This document shows, piece by piece, positions 23,009 to 34,310 of a stretch of 64,000 nt of DNA. Location of the stretch: contig DF236968.1 in NCBI GenBank assembly GCA_000708835.1, forward strand, positions 124,001 through 188,000, in the 5' to 3' direction. Made by a program: the position numbers and the translations under genes. Origin of the DNA: Klebsormidium nitens (taxonomy: Eukaryota > Plantae > Klebsormidiophyceae). The first letter of the stretch is position 1, and each line of letters begins with the position of its first letter. The notes beneath the pieces are model-generated. The model ran no database searches. It had not been told where the DNA came from and saw only the letters and a program-made list of their open reading frames with translations.

Positions 23009-25200
23009 TTACAAACGCTTTGCAATCCATTTTCCTATCGAACCTCCTAAGCGCCAACCCGCGTATGGCAGGCACCCCCATGTAGTGAAGCCAAGCAGGA
23101 CCACAAAGATTATGGTATAAGCTTCCTGATGACAGTAGATTGCTAAAAGCAGAAACACAAACGGCAACGCACACCCTACAAGAAGCCCTAACCACGCCCC
23201 CCAAGTCGAGACCCTTTTGCCGTGGTTCAACGCAACTGCCAGCCCTGCTGGTGCGGCCGCGGGCGCACCCGCGACCTGAACCGCCGCGCCTTGAGGAGCC
23301 GCGGGCTCGGCTTGGCACGCGGCCGTCGCCTCAATAACCCTAGGATCTTTCAATGCCTTCACTTTTTCTACCAGGGCCCGCCCTTCCTCAGTGCGGAGCT
23401 CAGGACAGCTTTCTACATCGTTTCGAAGAAAGGAGAGGCTCATCCGCCAGAAGCCGAGGATAGAAAGCAGCCTTTCAAGCGCGCCCCAACGCTTCTGTCC
23501 TCCAAAACGGAACCAATGTAAGATAAGATTGAACGACGTTTCCACGTCGCCCTCCGAGTCTCGAAGGCGGCTGACGAGGCGCTTCATGCTGGACTCTTTC
23601 ATGGTGAGAATACTCTCGCAAGCGGCGACCTCCTCGAAGGACCAGCCGGTCAAAGCAGAAACGGCGTCCATTAACACCCGCAGCGCCTCGTGCCGTTTCA
23701 CCGCTTCTGGGAGGTTGAGATACACGACGGCGTCGTTCAGGGTTGTCGGAGATGACGTCAGCGTCTTGACGCAACTGTGAATGCACGCCGGCGCCTCGAA
23801 GCGGTCCGCGAAGTGAGCAGCCAGCAGAGCGCCTCCTTGTCCGCGCAGATTTCGGGCGGAATTCGGTGCGTGTAGGCGAACTGGATGAAGATATCGAAGT
23901 AGTGCGCCTCTGCAAGGAAAGAAATGTACTTAGAAGAAGTTCTAAACAGACCACAATGGTTCCTGTCAGGATGGGATACGTGACATGAGAGAATCTTGTG
24001 ATTCCCTCTATTGATTAAGCAGAGACTCAGAAATCTTGAGACATTCCCAGCACCTTTACGAATCCTGTTTCATCACAACAAGTCTGCTCGTCGTTTGGGC
24101 AATTCTCTAGGCAGTTCAAGATGCAGCTCATCGACCTGGCAGAGGTTAGCATACCTTGAGGCGAGAGCGTCACTTCAAGTGGTTGCTCCTTCGACTTGCT
24201 CTCATGCAGGCCTGACGTCAGCATCGTCCTAAAGCATTGGGAGAGTGCAGCTAGGATCAAGCCGTTGACGGGGATGTCGTACGACCGTGCAACTGCAGGA
24301 TGAGCGACATTGTTTGTCTTCGACTTCAACGTAAAAACACCTTCTCTGGCTTGCCAACTCGAAGTCTTGCACATTTTGATCACCCCGTCATCATTGAGTG
24401 GCCTCCTTATGTCCAATTTAGAGAAGCAAAGTGGAAAGTCCCGTTAGTACTAAACACCACAAATCTCTGATTGCTTTCATCCTGTGTGCAACTTCGTGTA
24501 TTGCCCGTTCTTTAAGGAGAGACACACTCAGCTTTATTCTTCTTCCAGGCTCTTTGCGTACGCTCAATTGCTTTTTGTTTGCGAACGACAATGAAAAGGT
24601 TCCGTCCAATCGTATCCGCCTGAATAGCTCTGTAAGTTGAAAATGGACAGTCTTCTTGTCTATCTGAACCGAACTTGTGGAGAAGATCATTCGAAAAGTC
24701 TGAGAAGAGGAACTTCCTGAGCAAAGAAACCAAGTAACATGTCAGTCATTTCCTCCCCAGGCAGCAAGAACGCCTTGCTGAGGATTTGCGCTGAACAAAC
24801 ACAGTCAGCAAACATATCTACAATTAGAACTCCAGCCAGAAGCCGAATAAAGAAAGTCTACATTCCACTCACGTGTGCTGGCTCCCGTCGCTCTGCCTTC
24901 TCCTGACTGCATCTCCAGATCCACAAATTGCTCATTCTCAACGGCACCCGAAGCAGGTCTTGTTTTGCAATCTGCATGCTTTCTTCCACCCAGATGCCAG
25001 CATCTGGCTTGCTGAAAGTCTTTGCAGTCCTCTGAAGCTTCCCCTTCAGCTTCCCCTTCGACGTGCACTCGAATCACCCTGTCGCTGAACTGGGTCAATT
25101 CGGAGCGGAAACCAAAGGTCAGGTGCACGGTGTCTCCAGCCTCCACGCTGTGTGCTTCCCCTAGCTGCTGCCTCCTTTGTGCGCCTAGTACGGCCCCCAT
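23009..25200 (-). pseudogene. BTB/POZ-BACK protein with C-terminal hydrophobic hairpin, copy A, 1-nt deletion in exon 3
   Basis: Exons 25200-24873, 24292-24155 and 23909-23009 are homologous to copies B and C. CTC ACT TC GCG GAC versus CTC ACG GTC GCA GAC in copy C shifts the frame near 23812 and gives a premature TGA. Exon 3 is 901 nt, which is not 2+3n. Could be an assembly error. Confidence 0.75.
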
Positions 25201-25559
25201 CCTCTGTGGCGGTGCACAGTTCAGCTGCGACACTGACCAGAATCAGGGGCTATGAGCTAAAGGCCGCCAAAATAAGCTTAACGTCGAGGCGCCAATCTCC
25301 TCTTCAAATTCTCTCTTATTTTTTTTCGCACTTCTGGCATGGACAGTCGCTGTTTGAGTGCTTGGAGGAGAGGCGGACGGACCTGAGCCTGCACGCAGCC
25401 GATCAGTCTGAGGTGGCACAGCAGCTTCCTGGAGATTGCTTGGGTGGAGAATATTCTTGCGCATTTTATGTTTCAGCCAGCGCGCAGCTTCTGCGTTACC
25501 ACCCTCCGGTTGCTGCACCGGCTGACTCAGTACCATGAACTGCCCGCCCCGCGCAAATC

Positions 25560-26050
25560 TCCGTTCGTCACGACGCGGCCGCGCGCCGGCCAGGGCGCGG
25601 TACAGAGGGGTTTAGCAAGATCCGGGCCGGGATATCATTGGCATGTCACTAGCACTGGACCTGCAGGCTGCCACTCTTAGCAGTCGACTCGTTAGCAGGT
25701 TTCACTTGGTTCAGGTTCCTTGGCTCGACTTGGCTCGATCGGAAGCTGGACCCAGGAGTCAGGATGAGCTCACAAGCCTGGTCGCTTAGCAGTCCAAGGA
25801 TGCTCTCCACGGTACCCAGCACTTTTGATGACGTACTTGCTTCTGCACCTCCGCAGATTGTTGGTTGTATGCATCCGAAGACGAGGATCGTTTACAAAGT
25901 GCAGATCCAAGTCTAAACCATGGAAGAAGGGAGTCGACAAAGAAAGATGGCTTGAGGTTGAGAAAAGCACCGTTGAAGGCGGCTGACCGACGTGGCAACT
26001 GAGTGGAGTCCGTGCCATGAAAGTTTTTAAGAATCGTTTGGAACGGTTTT
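25560..26050 (-). repeat. Upstream block of BTB copy A, homologous in inverted orientation to the upstream block of copy C (37430-37890)
   Basis: Reverse complement aacggtgcttttctcaacctcaagccatctttctttgtcgactcccttcttccatgg...cggatgcatacaaccaacaatctgcggaggtgcagaagca matches 37520-37650. A shared GC box contains GCGGCCGC at 25575-25582 and 37875-37882. Confidence 0.8.
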
Positions 26051-26558
26051 AGTAGAGCTTTCCCAATGAGGAAGTCTCTGGACGACATTTTTATAACCCA
26101 AATCAGCAAGGTCCCGCGTTTTCGCAAGCTCAGTGCTCATCAGTGGTTTAGTGCAAGATGAGTGCTCTCCCTGCCGTACTTGGCCAATTTCAATTGCTAA
26201 ATTCCAGCTTCTCATCACAAAACCGTCTTTGGGAATTGCAGAGTTAAGACGTATACACCTAATTGCCGACAATCATGTGGAAATTCCATTGAGATGAATA
26301 TGCGTCTGCAACGGGTATAATTTTATGCAGATATCCCACATGAGACTAATTATAAAGTCATTTGTTACTGTAACATGTGAGTAAAGCGGTACGTTAGTAT
26401 ATCCATGTGGAACAGGAATCACAGACTCAAGATTCTTATAGGGTGGCCCGAATTGCCAGGCCCGCGTACTGCATGCGACCAGAAATGATTCAGCACTTGC
26501 ATGATATCACCATGACTCATTTCGCGCTTCCAACTTACTGGTACATCAGGGGGATCCA

Positions 26559-26600
26559 TGAGTACATGCACTCAATGAGTACATTGAGTGCATGTACTCA
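26559..26600. repeat. Perfect 19-bp inverted repeat with 4-nt loop
   Basis: TGAGTACATGCACTCAATG-AGTA-CATTGAGTGCATGTACTCA read directly. Confidence 0.95.
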
Positions 26601-26832
26601 GAAAATGACGACTCTAATCATTTGGTCGAGCTACCTCAAGCTGGCACGTACATGAGCATGAGGATTCTTTCCGGTACACAACCGCAAGGTCATCATGTTG
26701 CCGATGCGCACCCTCCCATATGTCGTCTGAGGAGCCAACTGAGCCAACTGCCCTCTGTCAAACTCGATCGGTGCTTCCGAGCCTAGACATGTTGTGAGGC
26801 TTCTTTACGACTTTCAATATTGGCGGCCCACT

Positions 26833-29800
26833 TCAGTTGTAGCTGTGCATCAATGTCAATTGGGGTCTGGGTACGAACGGCAGCATACTGTCGCCAAACA
26901 GCTCTATCAACTTCCCAAACAGCCGCCACGTGTCCCCCTCTTCTTTCCACGCTTCGGCAAGGACTTTCGAGGCGTCCTCTTGCGTTTCCCCGGGCGGCCG
27001 TCTCCGTTTCTTCCCGACCACGCTACCGTTTGTCCCAGCGTTCGCTTCCGTCTGCCCGCTAGACCCCGGGAGCCCCCCTTGTCTAGTTTGCCTCGCTTCT
27101 GGTGCTGACGTGTCCATTGCTGACGGTCCTTCCGGTTTGGTATCCTTACCTGCAAACACAAAAAAAATGCAGAAGTTCGTGTCTCAAAGACTCCAGCGAC
27201 AGCGGCGGCATGACGATGATTCTCACGTGAGACCGCCACGAGGTTACCAAAAGATTGTGTAAACTTGTTGCAGAGACGCACCCTTCAACTTGCCTGCGAA
27301 ATATTCGTCAAGAGAAGCAACTGACAAGGTTCCTTCCTTCCTCGCGCACACTCCTGAAAGCTACAGCAGTTTGACGTCTGCCAGACTCCGCTGGATGCTT
27401 GGATCGGAGCCAGTAGACTCTCCTACCGAATCTGGCCAAAGCCTTCTTTCCCACGCAAACAACTTCAAGCCGCGCCTATGGCTCATCCCCATCCAGACCG
27501 CAACGTCCACGAACAACATTCGCACCTTCACGAATGCAGTAACCTGCAACAGAAATTCGAAGAGGGACTCTGCTTACCTGCTTTTGACGTCCTGACTTTG
27601 GCGCCCGTCATTGGGCGGGACTTGAGCAAGAGCTCCCCTAGCTGGGGCTGCTCTTTCAAAGCCTCGAACATACAGTTGCCCGCCGCTACCTATACGCACG
27701 TACAGAGGAGTGTTGATGTTCAAAAGCCTTGAATGCCACTGCTCTATGATGAAAAGTCAGTATTAAGACTTCCTCTAATCGAGGATGTTGCGAAATGGTC
27801 CGTGATTCAGTCCTTATGAATGTACGTGCAATTGCCTGCGGCCACCTCCGCCCAGAAAAGAAGGTGGGCTTGGGATTACCGGATACCCGTCATTTCAAAT
27901 GTGCGGCAAGACACAATCGTATTCTATCCAAAATCAGGAAAAGTTGACGATAATTGACCATCCGATTTCCCGACGCCTCCTTGATGTATGCCATGCCCCA
28001 CTTCGACCGATCGACAACATCAGAGCCGCGCACGAAGCAACCGCCTTTCAAAACCCGCCGTGATGTCAGCTTGCAGCATGCGCGATTTTATTACCAACAG
28101 CAACTTTATTATCGTGTCTCCGCGGTGAAATGCCGAGCGTTTATTCCCGCTCTTTCCGGTCGGAGTCCCAAGCCGAGCCACTCCGACATAGAAGGTCGAG
28201 GAGGATGCTTAACTTCTGGAGTGACAGACCGCCCAGTGACGTCACCTTGGAAGAGTCTCACGTTCCCCGATGCGACCCTTACCTGCAGGAGACCGTAGAC
28301 GCGTTGCGCCTCGTAGCGCCGCACCTCGTCCTTCTGCTTTTGGGGGTCTAGATCCTCACGTAGGAGCTCCAGATACGTGGCCAGGTTTGGCAGCACCAGG
28401 AGACGAACCTGCGGAACAGGTTGAACTATAATCGAATGAAAGGTCAAAGGATTTAGAATGAGGGGTTTAGTGCTGAGAATCGAGGTTCGTAGTTCGAGGT
28501 CAAGAAGCGCCGGATGTCTGGGGCGAGCTTGGCAGCACCAGGAGACGAAGCTGAGACACAGGAATAAAGCAGCAAGACACGCATGCGAGGACCGGAGGTG
28601 AGCAAAAACCCTTTAAACCTTTTAACAATTTGCGGGACATGTTGCTGGTTTGAGAATAGCTGGCTTCGATAATGTATGTGTGGATGTCAGCAGCTACACG
28701 TGGCTGACCAGGTTCGGAGACGTCAGGAAATGCAGCGCGGCGACAAGACCCATATTACTCTGTGGCTCTTCGGCTCGAAGGGATTGGCTACCAGAATGAT
28801 TGGCGGTAGGGGCTAGGAGACTCGCGCCCGCCAATCTGATGAGCGCTGCTACCCTGCATTGTTGCGGTAAGTTAGAATGACGTTTGGGTCCCTGAGCGAC
28901 TCACGACGAAGTCCACCTATAATCTATAGCGGCTTTTCCGAACGTGGTCACCGTCTGAGCGCTTAAAATGAGTTCCCACGGAACCAGGCGCACAAAAAGA
29001 AAGACCTGCAGACTCTCTGGCACACCAAAGACGCGACAAACGCGAAGTTCTCGCCCCACTCACCACTCGGTTGCCGAGCGCCACCAGGCCCTTGATTGAG
29101 CCGTAGTGCTGGGGGTACGTTTGCTTGGGGTTGAGGAAGCTGTTGACCAGGGTCTTGGTCAGCCGGGGCTGGATGTTGCTGTAACTGTGGCCGTACCTGA
29201 CGAAGGAGAGAGCGGAGTCTTCAAACAGTCAGTTGTACATTGGAACGATGGCAGAAGCTTATTCTTTTATCTTTAGAAGCCCTTTGAATTCATCTATGCT
29301 TGTTAGCATGATGAAAAACTGAATTGGGCATGGAGGAGGGAGCATATCGGCAAGTGCCTCAGACGAATCTACACTTGCACCGATATCCACGATGTGACAT
29401 GAAAAGACCGCCACCTTCGGCAATTAAACTTGATAGAGGATTGACACGACTGGAGAGGATTGCTCTTGTTGGACCCTTCGCAGTGGGAGTATCAGCACTG
29501 CTGAACGTTTTTCGTGCGAAGCCTTAGAGCTTGGCTTAAAACCTAACGGCGGATTCATAAAGGGAGGCACCATTTCCGGCACCATTGGAACCTCAAAAGG
29601 AAGCCACAGAGCCCGACGAGGCAGAAGCGGGCGGGACATTTCATTATAGATGAGGCAGCACACGCAAGTAGCCCAGCAAAAAACCTTTCGCAAATGCAAA
29701 GGCAAGTCCTCCGCCAACACTTCAGTTCCGAGCTTCAAGATAACGCAGGCACAAGCACTGCACAACAATCTGGAACGTCCTTCACATGTCTGCAGAAAGG

Positions 29801-32800
29801 CAGAGGGCAAGTCGCTGACGTCACCAGTGGCCTCCTGACATCAGCAAACAGCCTGCTGACGGGCTCACCGGTGGCAGATGGTCGCGACGATGGTCGCCGA
29901 GAAGTCGCGCAGGTCCCAGTGGCGGTACCCGTTCTTGCGACCGCCGAGGCGCCGCGCGACGAGGCATGTGACAACGGACGGGATCAGCTGTTGCAACTGC
30001 AAGGACAGTGAGCGAGGTAGGTTAGCGGCTTATCACAACTGCTTTTTGCAGTAACTATCTGCGGCCGCTGGGCACGTGAAGGTCGACGGGATACGCTGTT
30101 GCAATGGCAGATTGCGGCCAAGTCGGGGAGGTGAGCGGCGCACGAAGACTCGATAAAATGTTTCCGCCGGAAACAAGGCAAGTGACAACAAACGGGGTCA
30201 GCTGTTGCAGCTGCAAAGAGCGGCCAAGAATCCGGGGCGTGAGTGTAGGACAAAAACTTTAAGGTCTTGAGTAAGGTTCTCGGATCGTGTCGGTGGTCAG
30301 CAGGAACGTGACGAGGAGACGAAATGGCTGTTGCAGTTGCAAAAGCTCTCACGACTGGGAACACCGATTTGGGAACACCGATTCGGACGACTGAGCTGAC
30401 GCCCAAACTGGATTTCCGTCAGATATTCAAACATAGCGAGAGAAGGATGCTCAAGGGGCAGCCACTTACGTAGCCTTCGATATGTACATGGGGATTGGCC
30501 AGGAGAGCCTCCGCGACGCGCATCAGGGTGAAGAGCAGGGGGAGGTCGTGCAGGCTCCGTTGTACCTGCCGATGCGTCACGTCAATGATTTCTCCGTATT
30601 GAAAATTAGTTGCATCGGCTTGGAACTTTGGTGACGCTTCGGAAACCGTCCTATGCTGTCGGTAGGGATGGAGAGTGCAATTCCAGAGACAGTTTTGGAG
30701 ACTTGTTCTTACGAGTGTACGGGGCAAGGCCTTTTGGGAGGCAACTACCATTTGACAAGATTCATAAAAAACTTAAGCAGGTCCCGCTTTAGAAAGCCGA
30801 GAAGCGTGCCGATATTACGCCTGGCGTCCGAGAGGTGTGAGACGACAGTGGCTGTTGTAAACGCGTGGAACAAGCTTCACACGTTCGTCCACATGATGCA
30901 GCAAGAAAGACAATGCCCAAATCTCCGGTGGAAAACGGCCCACCTCGTCCTGTATGAACTGGATGAAGTACGGCACCAAGGGGTGGATGCCGGAGTCTGA
31001 CGCCAGGCTCCGGACGGCGTCGTTCAGCAGCTTGCTGTCCGTGCCGCTCGTGACCAGCTCCATGATCTTCTCGAAATAGAGCTGCACAGGATGACTTAAA
31101 ACGTCGGTTTTGATCCATACCCGATGGGCCTGTGGATCCATAAGCGACCTATTGGCTCATAAGACTTGGTGAATTCGTTTGAGCAGCTTGCTGTCCGTGC
31201 CACTTGTGACCAGCTCCATGATCTTCTCAAAGTATAGCTGCACAGGACAAAACAGATTGCGGATGTGGTCCATAAAGGGTTGGCTTGTGGGTTCGTAAGC
31301 CGGCAGCTGCTTGCCCATAAGGCGACTTGTCCTGTAAGCATCAGAGATTTTTTTTAAGGATGGACTTGACTCGGAATTGCTTGCTACAAGCCGTTTGATC
31401 CTATTGCCGGTCATATCGTGTCCTAAACCCTTTGATCGTGCCTCAAAAGCATGATCTGCAAAACTATAAGCGCCGGATGTTCCATCACCGAAGCGTTGCT
31501 TGTTGGCTCGAATTGAGACTCCAGAACCGCCGGATTATGGTTGCTTGATCTCACACAGTATCTTTTCAGCGGCATTTTCTCATTAATAATTAAGCTGCGT
31601 TTGCCCCCTTGACTACTTCGCGTCACTCCCACACTGCTCCCATTCCACCCCGAAGACTTTATACACGAATCTCACCTGCAGCTCTTTCGAGATAACGTGT
31701 TTGACGGCCGGCTTGACTTCAACCGGCAGGTCCTCAGGAGCCCCCAGGCCAGGCTGCCCTTCGATCTTCTTCTTCTGCTCGGTTGGCAAGGTCAGCTCCG
31801 CTGCAAGAGAGAAACGATGCTCCAGACATGAAGAAAGAAAGGCGATGAGAATGCATCTATGAGGAAGAAGGGTGTGAAAGCATGTTTGGAGGACTTTTTG
31901 AACGATCAGTGCAAATGCGCTGGGGTCTGGTGAAAGTTAGACTGACGGTTCAAACACGTTGTAGAGCGTTCCCTCTATTCTGATTGCCCTCCTCCTCGCA
32001 AACATCTGCACTTAAAACATCTGAAAAGCGATTCTGGAAGGAGTTGCAAAATGCCAAGCACTAAGATAAGAGCTTGCGGACTACTGCCTCCATTGAGCAC
32101 CTTTATATGTGCCAAGAAGGTGAAACAGAAAAAGGGATACGAAAATGGAGAAGGGGTAGGTCCGGGTACGTACCTCCAGGAGGAGGGTTCTCCTGTATGG
32201 CTGGCTGCACCCCATCCACAGCCAGCCAGTGTGCAATGACCGTTGTGTCAATCGGCGGCTTTGGGAGCGGTGCATCAATAATCTGCACAGGGGCATGAGG
32301 GAGACATGTCAGCATGATGACGAAAGGCATCACTCTGACATCTTTGTTTCTAAACTTAATGGAGTCGTTTATACAGTCAATGTCTTGCACGCACAGCCTT
32401 GACGAGTTTCCCAAAGCTCCTTGATAGAGTCACGCATTCTTTCACAATAAAAGTCAATTTGCTGCTTGAGTGCAAAGACTCAATGAGATTATTGCCTCTC
32501 AGTCAATCATTGGGGACGCAGGACTACTGGACCACCAAAAGAACATGACAAGCGAGTATCCTCCTGTTGAACCATATAAAGTAAGTCATACGGGCAGTCA
32601 GATGACCAGTGGGATGGTGCACCTACCAGCTTACGCAACAGACAATTTAACTCACCTCGCTGAAATCAAGCTCTTTATCATCTAAGTAGAAGAGATCGGA
32701 GTGGCCCAGGGCCTTTCTGAAGCGGAGGGGGTCGTCAGAGGAGAATCCGTACAGCGGCTGCAAGAGACGGGAACGTGTCGAAATTCTGAAAGCATCCAGT

Positions 32801-33531
32801 CCTTCAGCCAACAAGCAAGTCTTGAAATGAGGTTGCGAGGAGCGATACATTTGCAAACTCCCACTACTCTCTGTCAAAACAGGGGAACTCCAGAAGCTTA
32901 ATAAACTGCATCACAGCAATCCCAGCCTCTTCAAGAAGCAAAGGAAAAGGAAGCTGGCTAGCGCAGGGCGCACGCTAGCTTGATGATGCTAATGTGGGCG
33001 CCAGCAGCCCCTAGACCTTCTTTTAGCCCCAGCCTTCTGGCTGCCTTCTAGAGAAACTCACTGCAATTCTGGCCCAAAGTGCCCAACTTAGCGCAAAATG
33101 CACACTAACGCGTACCTCCACGTTCCGCAGACTGAGTGCACTGTTTACATCGTCGGTGGTCAGCGTCGACCTTTTCGAGTGGCGCATGCATTTGATTGCT
33201 TCCTGCAGGATGACGCCGAGAGCCTCAATGATGAAGGAGTCGGGCATTGGAAGCGATCAAACTGCACAGGTTGTCAGGCACACAAGCAGGGGCAAACTTT
33301 CTATTCAAAATCTAGTGATTGCAGATATGCCAGACTCTAGCAAATGCCCCAGAGCATGTCTCTCCACCCCTCCTTGATATAATGCCTAACAGGTCCAGCA
33401 TTTACCTGGCAGATTTCACGTATCCGATACTCAACGTCCGGTGCCAGCGCCTGCGCCACCTCATCCCCCAGATTAGGAATGCCCAAGCTTTGCGCGGCCA
33501 CCTGAATGGAGTTCTTGGAAACGAGGCTCAT
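26833..33531 (-). CDS. TAF6: TFIID subunit 6 (TAF6), ~532 aa, 12 exons
   Basis: Exons 33531-33406, 33202-33116, 32757-32656, 32282-32174, 31800-31676, 31081-30944, 30565-30470, 29996-29869, 29196-29064, 28408-28283, 27689-27578, 27149-26833 are in phase (1599 nt). Histone-fold motif [37 protein letters not shown]; [12 protein letters not shown]; [15 protein letters not shown]; HWDLRDFSA; HYGSIKGL. Confidence 0.96.
27800..31250 (-). repeat. Dispersed intronic copies of TAF6 acceptor plus exon starts (exons 11, 10, 8 and 6)
   Basis: Copies start at 27845 (exon 11), 28550 and ~28735 (exon 10), 30104, 30210 and 30336 (exon 8), and 31237 (exon 6). Confidence 0.85.
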
Positions 33532-34310
33532 GATGATCAGATTGACTGTTCCGCTTTTCTTTGCTGTCTACGATACCCCCCACCACCGCTAGCTGCCTGA
33601 GGACTCACAAAAGTTTGAAAATCTCTTTGAATAAGACTTGAGAATCTGTTCGACGAACAAAAGGGGGTTCTGCGAGCACGACTGCCCCTGACAGAGCCAC
33701 AAGGTCTTCTATCAAAGAGAAGGACTTTTGGTGGGGCAGAAGGGCCAATTGGTTTATACTGCGCCACCACAAACAAGCGCCCTACACAGGCTACAGCCGT
33801 CGCTCAGACTCAGAGCTGATTCCGAGTCAGAGTTAGGCAATCTGTGCTGTGCATAGGACTATCTGATGGTTTTCACATGGGAAATTCGGACGACTTTTCT
33901 TTTCCAAGAAAGTTGAAACCCCAAACCCCATTTGAAACCAGGCCCGGCCGCCGCGGCGCGGCTGTAGCCGGCCCGCCGCGTGCGACGAAGGACGCCGCGC
34001 CTAGGGCGGCTGCGCCTCTGACTAGTCAGCTGATTACCTCCTGTGTTCAAAGTGGAGGATTTAAGGAGGGAGTGCAGAATCTCTCCCAGCTGAACCAGGA
34101 ATATGGTTAGAGATCAGCAAAGGGCCAGAAGCGGGCCAGTAACGACTCCAAAACACATTCTGTTCCGTGGACTATCAAGAGCATCGTAAGGTCAGTTTTG
34201 TGGGAACCGTGAGCTAGCAAGCAACCTTAACCGGGCCTTAACCTTGCAGTCAGCAAACCGCAACAAAGGCCCCCCCTTCCAAAGCACGTCTTCAGGACAC
34301 TGTAAGAAAA
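33532..34310. promoter_or_regulatory. Divergent promoter region between TAF6 and BTB copy B, with a GC-rich box
   Basis: Head-to-head ATGs at 33531 and 34311. GC-rich ccggccgccgcggcgcggc...gccggcccgccgcg at 33940-33990 resembles the GC boxes upstream of copies A and C. Confidence 0.4.
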
